From an uncultured bacterium (GTDB lineage Bacteria; Bacteroidota; Bacteroidia; J057; JADKCL01): a DNA stretch of 64,000 nucleotides. The position numbers and the translations under genes are program-made. This document shows, piece after piece, positions 17,894 to 27,288 of the stretch (position 1 is the stretch's first letter; the number at the start of each line of letters is the position of its first letter). The notes under the pieces were generated by a model, which worked only from the letters and a program-made list of their open reading frames with translations, searched no databases and had not been told where the DNA came from. The stretch covers positions 38,574 through 102,573 of the forward strand of contig CAWUKT010000002.1 in NCBI GenBank assembly GCA_963923035.1, in the 5' to 3' direction.

Positions 17894-19157
17894 ACATACC
17901 CCGAAGACACCCCTCGGCGGGGTGAAGGCGTTTAGCTGCCGCAATTGCGGCGGTCAGGTCGAGCTGCGCGCGCCCGGCCAAACCATGACGGCCGTCTGCC
18001 AGCATTGCTCTTCGATTGTCGACATCACCGACGAGAACTTCCGCATCCTCCAGCGCTACAACATGAAGATGGACCACAAGCCCCGGATTCCCTTGGGGCG
18101 GCGGGGCGTCGTGGAGGGGACCACCTGGGAGGTGGTCGGCTACCTGTACCGCCAGGCAGTCGGATACGATTTTTACTGGGAGGAATACCTCCTCTTCAAT
18201 CCCCGCCAGGGCTTCCGTTGGCTCCTTTACCAGTACGGCAATTGGTCCTTCACGAAGCCCATGGTCGAGTTTCCGGAACGGACTTCGGCCACCTTCCAGT
18301 TCCGCGGGGATTCTTACCGCCGTTACAGCACCGGCAAGGCGAAAGTCCTGTTCGTGCTGGGCGAATTTTACTGGCAGGTCAAGCGCAACGAAGAGGTCCA
18401 GACGGCCGATTGGGTCCGGGAAGGGAGTATGTTGTCGCTGGAAGTGGACGAATTTGGGCTGAACTGGACGGAAAGCACTTTTCTTGAACGCAAAGAAGTC
18501 AAAAAAGCATTTGGGGAGGATGTCAGAACGCCTCCGCCGCGTAGCGTGGCCCCTCACCAGGTCAATCCCTACGCCCGCCAGCTCAAGTCCATTCTCCCGA
18601 TTTTCCTGATCGCCCTCCTTGCGGTATTTGGCTACCAGGTCACTGTTTCCAGCCAGTACAAAGACGAAGTCACCGTCATGTTCACGGGTGAAACCTCCGA
18701 AAGTGGCGTTCAGCAGGTGACTGAATCCTTTGAAATTACCGGCCGGACGAACAATGTCCAATTGGACCTCTATACTCCCGATATCTCGAACAGCTGGTTC
18801 GAGGTTGAGGGCTACCTGCACCACCTCGAAACCAATACCAACCGGGACTTCCGGTTGACCAATGAATATTACTACGGCGTCACGGACGGCGAATCCTGGA
18901 CCGAAGGTTCCAAACGGACCGACATGGTCATCAACAATGTCCCTCCGGGCAAGTACGAACTGGTTTTCACCCCCTATTTTGCTCCGGAATCCATCAACGA
19001 CGCCACCAAAAAACAGAACTACCAGCTGTACCTGCTCCGCGGGGTGCCGATCGCATCGAATATGTGGATCATCCTGGTCATCATTTTGTCCCCGGTCATT
19101 TACCTCTGGTTCCGAAGTTCCAATTTCAAAAAAGCCCAATGGGCCGACGCCGACTGA
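17877..19157 (+). CDS. Zinc-ribbon + DUF4178-like protein with two TM helices and an extracytoplasmic domain
   Basis: 426 aa: CRNCGG..CQHCSS ribbon, a DUF4178-like core (GVVEGTTWEVVGYLYR..WEEYLLFNP) and TM helices ILPIFLIALLAVFGYQV and MWIILVIILSPVIYLWF. Overlaps the upstream gene by 17 nt. Confidence 0.75.
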   Translation: MAGTTEHTPKTPLGGVKAFSCRNCGGQVELRAPGQTMTAVCQHCSSIVDITDENFRILQRYNMKMDHKPRIPLGRRGVVEGTTWEVVGYLYRQAVGYDFYWEEYLLFNPRQGFRWLLYQYGNWSFTKPMVEFPERTSATFQFRGDSYRRYSTGKAKVLFVLGEFYWQVKRNEEVQTADWVREGSMLSLEVDEFGLNWTESTFLERKEVKKAFGEDVRTPPPRSVAPHQVNPYARQLKSILPIFLIALLAVFGYQVTVSSQYKDEVTVMFTGETSESGVQQVTESFEITGRTNNVQLDLYTPDISNSWFEVEGYLHHLETNTNRDFRLTNEYYYGVTDGESWTEGSKRTDMVINNVPPGKYELVFTPYFAPESINDATKKQNYQLYLLRGVPIASNMWIILVIILSPVIYLWFRSSNFKKAQWADAD

Positions 19158-19158
19158 T

Positions 19159-19308
19159 ATGAAAAGATTGCGCACCATCTACCTGATCATTGTGGTGGCT
19201 CTGTTGGCGGGCTACTTCACCGCGGGTGCCTCCGGATTTCGGGTCCTGAGCGCCTTCAGCAGCATCGCCTACGTCCATACCATGACCGCCGGCGTTCACC
19301 ACAAATAA
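19159..19308 (+). CDS. Small membrane protein (49 aa), hypothetical
   Basis: ATG one nt after the upstream stop. Sequence MKRLRTIYLIIVVALLAGYFTAG... has one TM helix. Supported only by position inside the operon. Confidence 0.4.
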   Translation: MKRLRTIYLIIVVALLAGYFTAGASGFRVLSAFSSIAYVHTMTAGVHHK

Positions 19309-19336
19309 TATCTGCTCCATCTTAAATTGATCTGCC

Positions 19337-19549
19337 ATGGAAATCATCGACTGGAAACTGATCCTCAATGCCGTCCTCTTCTCCGTCGTGGGAATCGTCA
19401 TCTTCCTCGCCTTCGGATGGATTTACGACAAGTTGACGCCCTTCAACCTCTGGAAGGAACTGATCGACAATAAAAACACCGCCGTCGCCATCGTTTTCGG
19501 GTCCATGATGATCGGGCTGTCCATCATCATCGCCTTCGCCCACGGCTGA
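19337..19549 (+). CDS. DUF350 (YjfL-like) small inner-membrane protein
   Basis: 70 aa with two TM helices, including LTPFNLWKELIDNKNTAVAIVFGSMMIGLSIII, which is typical of DUF350. Confidence 0.8.
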   Translation: MEIIDWKLILNAVLFSVVGIVIFLAFGWIYDKLTPFNLWKELIDNKNTAVAIVFGSMMIGLSIIIAFAHG

Positions 19550-19552
19550 TTC

Positions 19553-21049
19553 ATGCGGTACCTGCTGCTCACATCCGTATTTGTCATCGCCACATGCGGA
19601 CTGGTCTATGAACTGGTGGCAGGCACCCTCGCGTCCTATCTCCTCGGAGACTCCGTCACCCAATTTTCCATCATCATCGGGGTCTACCTCTTTTCGATGG
19701 GCATTGGCTCCTTCCTGTCCAAGTACATCACCCAAAACCTCGTCCCGACCTTCATTCGGATCGAACTCCTTATCGGGTTGATCGGTGGGTTCAGCGCCGC
19801 ATTTTTGTTCATCACCTTCGAACAGGTCGGCAGCTTCCAAATCCTGCTCTACGGGCTGGTCTCGTTGACCGGGCTCCTCGTCGGGTTGGAAATCCCACTC
19901 CTGATGCGCATTCTCCAGGACCAATTCGAGTTCAAAGACCTCGTTTCCAATATTTTCACCTTCGATTATATCGGCGCTTTGCTGGCGTCGCTGTTGTTTC
20001 CCCTCCTCCTCGTCCCCTACCTCGGCCTCATCCGCACCGCGCTCCTGTTTGGCATTCTGAATGTCGTCGTGGCGATCGCGGCGGTCTATATGTTTCGGGA
20101 CAAAATCAAACGCTTCTCGGGCCTGTCCATCGCGGCTTACCTGAGCCTCGCGGCCCTGATCGCGGGGATGTTTTTCGGGGAAAACATCCTGCGCTTCGCC
20201 GAGGGCAATGCCTACTCGAATACCATCGTCTACGCCAAATCTTCGCCCTACCAGCGGGTCGTGCTGACCCGCAAAGGCGAGCGGTTCCGCCTCTTCCTGA
20301 ACGGCAACCTGCAATTTGATTCGCGGGACGAATACCGCTACCATGAGGCCCTGGTCCACCCCGGCCTCGCCGCCCAGGAAGCGCCCCGGAGGGTCCTCGT
20401 ACTGGGCGGGGGCGACGGATTGGCCGTGCGCGAAATCCTCAAATATCCTTCCGTACAGACCATTGACCTGGTCGACCTCGATCCTTTGGTCACCGATTTG
20501 TTCCAGACCCGCGCTTCCCTCACCGAATTGAACCGCAATTCCCTCCACAGCGCCCTCGTCACCGTCCACAACGCCGACGCCTTTACCTGGCTCCGCGACC
20601 ACCCCGACCAATACGATTTCGTCGTCGTCGATTTCCCCGATCCCAGCAACTTTTCCATTGGAAAGCTCTATTCCGAACGCTTTTACCGCGAATTGAAGCC
20701 GCATATCGCGCCGGGCGGGGCCCTGGTCGTCCAGAGTACCTCCCCGCTGGTCGCCCCGAATTCCTTCTGGTGTGTGGAGCAAACCTTGAAGTCGGTGGGC
20801 TGGCAAACGGTTCCTTACCACTGCTATGTGCCCTCTTTTGGCGAATGGGGATTCATCCTCGCCAACGACGATACCTGGTTGCTACCCGAAACATATCCCG
20901 ACGGATTGCAATTCGTGGACGACGCGACCGTGCGGGCGATGACCCGTTTCCCCCTGGACATGGCCCGTCGCCCCGTCGAGGTCAACCGCCTCAACAACCA
21001 GGTGCTGGTCCAATATTTTGAAAAAGAGTGGAGCCGCTACGATCCCTGA
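19553..21049 (+). CDS. Membrane-anchored polyamine aminopropyltransferase (spermidine synthase-like)
   Basis: 498 aa: about 7 N-terminal TM helices, then a SpeE-type domain (RVLVLGGGDGLAVREILKY, DLVDLDP, VVDFPDPS). Confidence 0.85.
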   Translation: MRYLLLTSVFVIATCGLVYELVAGTLASYLLGDSVTQFSIIIGVYLFSMGIGSFLSKYITQNLVPTFIRIELLIGLIGGFSAAFLFITFEQVGSFQILLYGLVSLTGLLVGLEIPLLMRILQDQFEFKDLVSNIFTFDYIGALLASLLFPLLLVPYLGLIRTALLFGILNVVVAIAAVYMFRDKIKRFSGLSIAAYLSLAALIAGMFFGENILRFAEGNAYSNTIVYAKSSPYQRVVLTRKGERFRLFLNGNLQFDSRDEYRYHEALVHPGLAAQEAPRRVLVLGGGDGLAVREILKYPSVQTIDLVDLDPLVTDLFQTRASLTELNRNSLHSALVTVHNADAFTWLRDHPDQYDFVVVDFPDPSNFSIGKLYSERFYRELKPHIAPGGALVVQSTSPLVAPNSFWCVEQTLKSVGWQTVPYHCYVPSFGEWGFILANDDTWLLPETYPDGLQFVDDATVRAMTRFPLDMARRPVEVNRLNNQVLVQYFEKEWSRYDP

Positions 21050-22677
21050 TGTCCGATTCCTCCAACATATCGCGCCGCAATTTTCTGCGCTGGTTGGCGG
21101 GAGGGGCTGCTGCCGTAGGATTGGGCAGTGTGGGCGTGTGGAAATGGGCGGGAAAACAAGAACAAGAGATCACCGGAGCGATTCAGGGCGCGAATTCGGA
21201 TTTGGGGCACTTGGTGCGGAAGGGATTGCAGAAAAAAATCACCGAACAACGAAGGGTGGGAACGCTGATTGTAGGCGGAGGAATGGCCGGGTTGAGTGTC
21301 GGCTGGTATTTTCAGAAGCAGGGAAAAAAAGACTTCGAAATCCTGGAAATGGACCGAAAAGTGGGGGGAAATGCCGTTTCCGGAAGCCACAACAATTTTA
21401 GTTACCCCTGGGGCGCCCACTATTTGCCCCTTCCCAATCCCGAAAATACCGACCTCCTCGGTCTGCTCGAAGACCTGGGTTGCTTGACCGGCTGGCAAGA
21501 CGGCCAGCCCCGATTCGAGGAACTCTACCTCTGCCACGCGCCGCAGGAGCGCTTGCTCCACCACGGTGTCTGGCAAGAAGGCCTCGTCCCGAAAGCACCG
21601 GCGGGATCCCCCGCCGCGGCCGAATTGGACCGTTTTTTTACCCTCATCCAGCAACTCCGCCACCAACGCGGAGCGGATGGGCGCTACCTCTTCGACATCC
21701 CGGTGGACCGGTCCTCCACCGATCCTGAGTGGCAATCCCTCGACCAAATCAGCCTTGCCGAATGGCTCGAACGCGAAAATTACCATTCGGAAGAGCTGCA
21801 TTGGTACCTCGATTATTGCTGCCAGGACGACTTTGGCAGCCGCAAGGAACAGACCAGTGCCTGGGCCGGCCTGCATTACTTTGCTGCCCGCCGCGGCACC
21901 GCCGCCAATGCCACCGAAAATTCGGTGCTGACCTGGCCCGAAGGCAACGGCTGGCTGGTCCAGCAGCTTCGGGACCGATTGCAAGAGCATATCCAGACCG
22001 AATCATTGGTCCTTTCCCTGGAGTCACTTGACGAGCAAGTCCGTGCCGTTGTCTACCGCCCGGCGGAAGACAAGGCCTACGAAATCATTGCAGACCAGGC
22101 GGTCTGCTGCACCCCTCAATTTGTCAGCCAGCACATTGTTCGGGGACCGAAACGCCCCGTCGATGCCATCACCTACGCTCCCTGGCTCGTCGCCAATGTC
22201 GAATTGGGCAAGCGCCCGGGAGGCCCCGGTCGGCCGCTCAGTTGGGACAATGTTGCCTTTGGGCGGGACTCGCTCGGCTACGTGGTGGCGGACCACCAGG
22301 GCCTCAAGCGGCCCTCCGGCCCGGTCGTGGTGAGCTGGTACGCGGCCCTGGCCCATGCCGATCCGGTGCAGGTCCGCAAGGAAGCGCTGGAAACGGAATG
22401 GCCTACGTGGCGTGACCGGGTGATCGAAGATTTGGAGTGGATGCACCCGGGCATTTCGAAGGAAATCAAACGGCTGGACGTCTATGTCTGGGGGCATGGC
22501 ATGGTGACGCCCCGACTGGGCTACCTGAGTGGGGCGACGCGGCCTTTGTTCCGGCAGCCCCAGGGGCGCATTCATTATGCGCATACGGACCTGAGCGGCA
22601 TCTCGATCTTCGAAGAGGCCTTTGCTCAGGGCGTGCGGGCCGCGCGGGAAGTCCTCGGAGAGGAGGTGCCGGTATGA
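21049..22677 (+). CDS. Tat-exported FAD-dependent oxidoreductase (amine oxidase-like)
   Basis: Twin-arginine signal SRRNFLRWLAGGAAAVGLG and a dinucleotide fold motif LIVGGGMAGLSVGWYF..EILEMDRKVGGN. The ATG at 21049 overlaps the upstream TGA (TGATG). An alternative start lies at 21028. Confidence 0.8.
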   Translation: MSDSSNISRRNFLRWLAGGAAAVGLGSVGVWKWAGKQEQEITGAIQGANSDLGHLVRKGLQKKITEQRRVGTLIVGGGMAGLSVGWYFQKQGKKDFEILEMDRKVGGNAVSGSHNNFSYPWGAHYLPLPNPENTDLLGLLEDLGCLTGWQDGQPRFEELYLCHAPQERLLHHGVWQEGLVPKAPAGSPAAAELDRFFTLIQQLRHQRGADGRYLFDIPVDRSSTDPEWQSLDQISLAEWLERENYHSEELHWYLDYCCQDDFGSRKEQTSAWAGLHYFAARRGTAANATENSVLTWPEGNGWLVQQLRDRLQEHIQTESLVLSLESLDEQVRAVVYRPAEDKAYEIIADQAVCCTPQFVSQHIVRGPKRPVDAITYAPWLVANVELGKRPGGPGRPLSWDNVAFGRDSLGYVVADHQGLKRPSGPVVVSWYAALAHADPVQVRKEALETEWPTWRDRVIEDLEWMHPGISKEIKRLDVYVWGHGMVTPRLGYLSGATRPLFRQPQGRIHYAHTDLSGISIFEEAFAQGVRAAREVLGEEVPV

Positions 22678-23786
22678 ATACGCCTGGACGCGGCTGGTCT
22701 CAGCCGTGGATTTATGCTCCTCAAGTCGATGGCCCCTTCATTTTGTTGCCAGCTTTTCTGGCGACGGCCGCGGTGGTCCTTTTCCCGGGCTTTTTCCACG
22801 CCGCCAACGAGACCTCTCCCCTCGCCTGGCTCGTCTTCATCGTGTTCATCGACGTGGCGCATGTGTACAGCACCCTGTACCGCACCTATTTTGACCGCCA
22901 GGAATTCCAGAAGTACAAGCGGCCCTTGCTGTTGATTCCGGTGCTGGCATGGATGGTGGGGGCCAGCCTATATTTCATCGATGACATGCTGTTCTGGCGA
23001 ATTTTGGCGTATCTGGCCGTCTACCATTTCGTCCGCCAGCAATACGGCTTTTTCTCCATCTACGCCCGCAAGGAAAACCGCCCTTCCTGGGAACGGCGAC
23101 TGGATGCGGCGATGATTTATTTGTCCACCATTTACCCCCTCGTTTATTGGCATACCCATCTCCCCCGCAATTTCTTCTGGTTCATCAAAGGCGATTTTGT
23201 GTCCATTCCGTGGGAAGTGCTGCACTGGGTGGTTCTGGGGCTGTTTGGGGTGACGGCATTTTCCTACCTCCTCAAAGAAATCCAACGCAGCCGCCGCGAA
23301 CAAAGGATCAATTGGCCGAAAAACCTGATTGTATTGGGGACGGCGCTCTCCTGGAATGCGGGAATCGTCTGGATGAATGGCGATCTGGCGTTTACGGCTA
23401 CGAATGTGGTCGCCCACGGAATTCCGTACATGGCCTTGGTGTGGATTTACGGTCGGAAAAAGGCGGAAAAGGTGCCGGACAAGAAGAAAACGTTGTCCAT
23501 GCGGTTCTTTTCGTCGGGAATGGTGCCGGTTTTTATCGGATTGTTGATGCTGTTGGCCTATTTCGAGGAAGGTCTGTGGGATGCGCTCATCTGGCGGGAC
23601 CACGAAGGCTTGTTTCCCTGGGCCGCTGATTTGCCCTGGCTCACCGATGCCCGGTTTCTGGCTGTCGTCATTCCCTTGTTGGCCGTTCCCCAGGTCACCC
23701 ATTACGTCATTGATGGATTTATTTGGCGGGTGAGAAAAACGAAAAGCGAGGCGGAACAACGGGTTTTTGGAGCGGCATCTGAGTGA
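22674..23786 (+). CDS. Polytopic membrane protein with conserved-looking His motifs, unknown function
   Basis: 370 aa from the ATG at 22674 (ATGA overlap with the upstream stop), with 8 or more hydrophobic helices. His-containing motifs: DVAHVYSTLYRTY, YHFVRQQYG, VAHGIPY, THYVIDGFIWR. Confidence 0.7.
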   Translation: MNTPGRGWSQPWIYAPQVDGPFILLPAFLATAAVVLFPGFFHAANETSPLAWLVFIVFIDVAHVYSTLYRTYFDRQEFQKYKRPLLLIPVLAWMVGASLYFIDDMLFWRILAYLAVYHFVRQQYGFFSIYARKENRPSWERRLDAAMIYLSTIYPLVYWHTHLPRNFFWFIKGDFVSIPWEVLHWVVLGLFGVTAFSYLLKEIQRSRREQRINWPKNLIVLGTALSWNAGIVWMNGDLAFTATNVVAHGIPYMALVWIYGRKKAEKVPDKKKTLSMRFFSSGMVPVFIGLLMLLAYFEEGLWDALIWRDHEGLFPWAADLPWLTDARFLAVVIPLLAVPQVTHYVIDGFIWRVRKTKSEAEQRVFGAASE

Positions 23787-23896
23787 TTTTCCCGACACTT
23801 GAGAAAATATTTCCCATTTCTGGAATCATTTTATCGGTTTAACTGTCTAATTCATACGTCTGTCCCCCAACAGGCCCTCATTTACCCTGAACGATA

Positions 23897-26362
23897 ATGC
23901 TCCAGTACCGATTCTCCATCCTCGTCGTACTCATCACCTGCTGCCAATGGGCCCTGGCCCAACGTCCGGGCGGCCGTCCCGGTGGGGCCCCCGCCGCCAG
24001 CAATACGGAAGTCACCGGCATGGTCCTCGATTCGACGTCCGGCGATCCCATTGCCTATGCCACCGTCCAGCTCATGGTACGGGACAGCATCGTCAATGGC
24101 GCCCTGACCAATGAAAAAGGCCGCTTCGCGATCCAAAAGGTGAAGCCTGGTCGCTACCAATTGCAGGTGGTGAGCATGGAATACGAGACGGGGCCGGTGA
24201 AATCGGTGGAAGTGGGGCGGGGAATGCCGTTTGTGAATGCTGGGAAATTGGTCGTGGCGCCGAAAGTGCTGTTGGAGGAGGTGGAAATCACGACTCAGAA
24301 GGACTATATGGTCAATCAAATCGACCGCAAGGTCTATGATGTGACGCAGAACCTGACGACGGTCGGAGGCGGCGCGGGCGATGTGCTGAACACGATTCCG
24401 AGTGTGGAGGTCGATCTGGATGGGAATGTGTCGCTGCGGGGAAATGCCAACGTGACCATTTTTGTGGATGGAAAGCCGAGTGCGCTGACCGGCTCCGGTC
24501 GACAAGCCATATTGGACGCGATCCCCGCGTCCACGATTGCCCGGGTGGAGGTCATCACCAACCCCTCCGCACGCTACGACCCCGATGGGGTCAGCGGCAT
24601 CATCAATATTGTCACCAAGAAAAACAAACGGGCCGGCTGGAACGGCACGGCCACCCTCAGCGTCGGGACCCGCGACAAGTACAGCGGCAACGCCAACCTC
24701 AATTACCGCAACCGCCGCCTGAACGCCTTCGCCAATTATTCCTACAACCTCGACAACCGCTGGTCGGAGGGCATCACCGACCGGACGTCCATCCTCGCAG
24801 ATACGACTTTCCGACTGTTCCAGGAGGAAAATGGGGACCGCCGCCGCCTGAACAATGTGGGCGGCGCGGGCATCGATGTGTTCCTCGGGCCGCGGACCAC
24901 CCTCGGTGTCTCCGGCAACCTGGCCCGTACGGACCAGGACCGCAGCGAGACCATTTCCTTCAATTATTTCGATGAGAATGCGGCGCTCACGGAGCGTTTC
25001 GACCGGATTACCACGGAAACCGAGGTACGGAACAATTACGAGGGCGAACTCAATTTTCAGCACAAATTCGACGACAAGGGGACCCAATTGGATGCGCGGG
25101 CGAGCCATTCGGTGGGCATCGAGGATGAGATCGGGAACTTTGGGTCGTTTGACCTGACGCCGGAGGGGATTCCGATGGGCACCGACCCCGAATTGCAGAA
25201 CAACTTCTCGGACAATGCCTTCCGGGTCTCCATTTTCAAGGTGGACTATACGAAGCCGGTGGGCAAAAAGGGCAAGCTGGAAACCGGCGCGCAGACCACA
25301 CTCCGCCAGATCGACAACGATTTTGCGAGTGAGAGCTTCGATTATGGAGTCGAAGGCTTCACGGACGATGTGGAACTGAACAACCGGTTCATTTACCGGG
25401 AGCAGGTGCACGCGGCGTACATGACCTACGGGCATAGCTTTGGGAAGCTGAACCTTCAGGGGGGGCTCAGGGCCGAGCAGGCGCTGACCGAATCTGAATT
25501 GGTGACGACCAGTGAAATCTTCGAAAACGACTATTTCAACGTCTTCCCGAGCGGGTTTTTGGCCTACAAACCCACCAAGAAGAGTGAAATTCGGATGAGT
25601 TATTCGCGGCGAATCAACCGGCCGCGCACCCGCCAGCTCAATCCATTTACCGATTTTTCCGACCCCGCCAACCTCCGCTTCGGCAATCCCTATCTGTTGC
25701 CCGAATACATCAATTCCTACGAGGCTTCGATCTTCCGGCGCTTCAAGTCAGGGACCATCACCTCCTCGATTTACTACCGCCGGACCGTCGACCTCCACAC
25801 CCGCGTCCTCACGATCAACGATGAGGGCCAGGCCGCTCGGACCTTCGAAAACGCCTCTTCTGCCGACGACATCGGCCTCGAATTCATTACCCAATTCCGC
25901 CCCTTCGAAATCTGGGACTTTACCCTCAGCACCAATTTGTACCGCCGCTCCATCAACGCCTCCAACGTCAATCCTGACCTCACCAGCAACGGCCTCGGAG
26001 GTGGATTCCGCCTGCTGACCTCGCTGCGGTTCACCAAAACCACTAGCTTCCAGGTCGTCGGCAATTACCGCGCCATCGGGGTGCGGCCCCAGGGCTTGAT
26101 CGCGCCCTTCTTCAACATCGACCTCGCCCTCCGCCAACAGGTACTGAAGGGCAAGGGCGACATCGGACTGCGGGTGAGCGATATTTTCGACACGTTGAAA
26201 TTTGAAATTGACCTGGACGACCCGGAATTCTCGGGCCTGCTGCTGCGGGACCGGGAAAGCCGCATTGGGTTCCTGAGTTTTACCTACCGCTTTGGGAAAC
26301 AGACGAATCAGAAGCGTTCCCGCAGCCGGGGAGGTGGTGGCGGCATGGACTTCGATTTTTAG
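23897..26362 (+). CDS. TonB-dependent receptor (carboxypeptidase-regulatory-like N-terminal domain)
   Basis: 821 aa: signal peptide, a CarbopepD_reg-like segment (VTGMVLDSTSGDPIAYATVQL), a plug (IPSVEVDLDGNVSLRGN) and a barrel ending in LSFTYRF plus a basic tail. Confidence 0.85.
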   Translation: MLQYRFSILVVLITCCQWALAQRPGGRPGGAPAASNTEVTGMVLDSTSGDPIAYATVQLMVRDSIVNGALTNEKGRFAIQKVKPGRYQLQVVSMEYETGPVKSVEVGRGMPFVNAGKLVVAPKVLLEEVEITTQKDYMVNQIDRKVYDVTQNLTTVGGGAGDVLNTIPSVEVDLDGNVSLRGNANVTIFVDGKPSALTGSGRQAILDAIPASTIARVEVITNPSARYDPDGVSGIINIVTKKNKRAGWNGTATLSVGTRDKYSGNANLNYRNRRLNAFANYSYNLDNRWSEGITDRTSILADTTFRLFQEENGDRRRLNNVGGAGIDVFLGPRTTLGVSGNLARTDQDRSETISFNYFDENAALTERFDRITTETEVRNNYEGELNFQHKFDDKGTQLDARASHSVGIEDEIGNFGSFDLTPEGIPMGTDPELQNNFSDNAFRVSIFKVDYTKPVGKKGKLETGAQTTLRQIDNDFASESFDYGVEGFTDDVELNNRFIYREQVHAAYMTYGHSFGKLNLQGGLRAEQALTESELVTTSEIFENDYFNVFPSGFLAYKPTKKSEIRMSYSRRINRPRTRQLNPFTDFSDPANLRFGNPYLLPEYINSYEASIFRRFKSGTITSSIYYRRTVDLHTRVLTINDEGQAARTFENASSADDIGLEFITQFRPFEIWDFTLSTNLYRRSINASNVNPDLTSNGLGGGFRLLTSLRFTKTTSFQVVGNYRAIGVRPQGLIAPFFNIDLALRQQVLKGKGDIGLRVSDIFDTLKFEIDLDDPEFSGLLLRDRESRIGFLSFTYRFGKQTNQKRSRSRGGGGGMDFDF

Positions 26363-26425
26363 GCCGGGAAAATGGCACCGAAAGGGTCCGTGGGATTGGG
26401 TCAATTCCGCTAACTTAGGGGAGCG

Positions 26426-27070
26426 ATGACGCGGCGAGAACTGGAACATACGGTTGCCTTCGGGGAAGGCCAGCACATTGAATTCAAGCGCAAGTTGCCG
26501 ACCTGGCCAAAATTGGTGCGGGAAGTGGTAGCCTTTGCGAATTCAGATGGCGGGACCGTGTTTGTGGGGGTGAGCGATGACGGGGAAACAGTGGGGGTGA
26601 AAGATCCGCGGGAAATTGAGGAGGCGATGGAATTGGAATTGGGGATGTACGTGACGCCGAAGCTGGATCTGGAAATCGAGGTGGTGCCCCTTACGCGGAA
26701 ACGGGCGGTGGTCTGTGTGCATGTGGAGCCGGGGGAGAAAAAGCCGTATATGGCGCTGGAATCGCCGGACGCCCACCGGGGCACGGCGTTGATCCGGATT
26801 GCCGATGCGAGCGTCACTGCGAGCAAAGAGGTCTATGAGCTGTTGAAGTACGAGGGGCGGGAGCGGAACATGCGGGTGGAATACGGAGACAAGGAAATCA
26901 CCCTGATGCGCTACCTCGAACAAGAGACCTGCATTACCCTGAAAAAATTTACCGAAATCGCCCAACTGACCCGCCAAGCCGCGTCCCGGACCCTGGTCCA
27001 CCTCGTCAAAGCGAATGTCCTCCGCATCGAACCCGGCATCGAAGTGGACCGCTACTACCAAGCCCTTTGA
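26426..27070 (+). CDS. AlbA_2 (Schlafen-like) domain protein with C-terminal wHTH, putative DNA-binding regulator
   Basis: 214 aa. GEGQHIEFKRKLP...VVAFANSDGGTVFVGVSDDG is the characteristic AlbA_2 motif. The C-terminal segment looks like a winged helix (TRQAASRTLVHLVKANVL). Confidence 0.7.
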   Translation: MTRRELEHTVAFGEGQHIEFKRKLPTWPKLVREVVAFANSDGGTVFVGVSDDGETVGVKDPREIEEAMELELGMYVTPKLDLEIEVVPLTRKRAVVCVHVEPGEKKPYMALESPDAHRGTALIRIADASVTASKEVYELLKYEGRERNMRVEYGDKEITLMRYLEQETCITLKKFTEIAQLTRQAASRTLVHLVKANVLRIEPGIEVDRYYQAL

Positions 27071-27288
27071 CCCTCCCAATTTTATCGGATTGTTATTTTC
27101 TTCCATTCTCCCAACCTTTCATTTTTCCCTCTGTTATTGATGTTGTTACACTAATTTTGCGAGCGGGATTCATTTTATCCCAATCCAAACAAGTTTGAGT
27201 ACCAATTATTCCCGGTTGAGGAGTTTTGAGTTGGGTCGGCGAACCGCAAGGAGTATTTTGGCAGGCGCAAAAAATCAAGAGAACCTGA

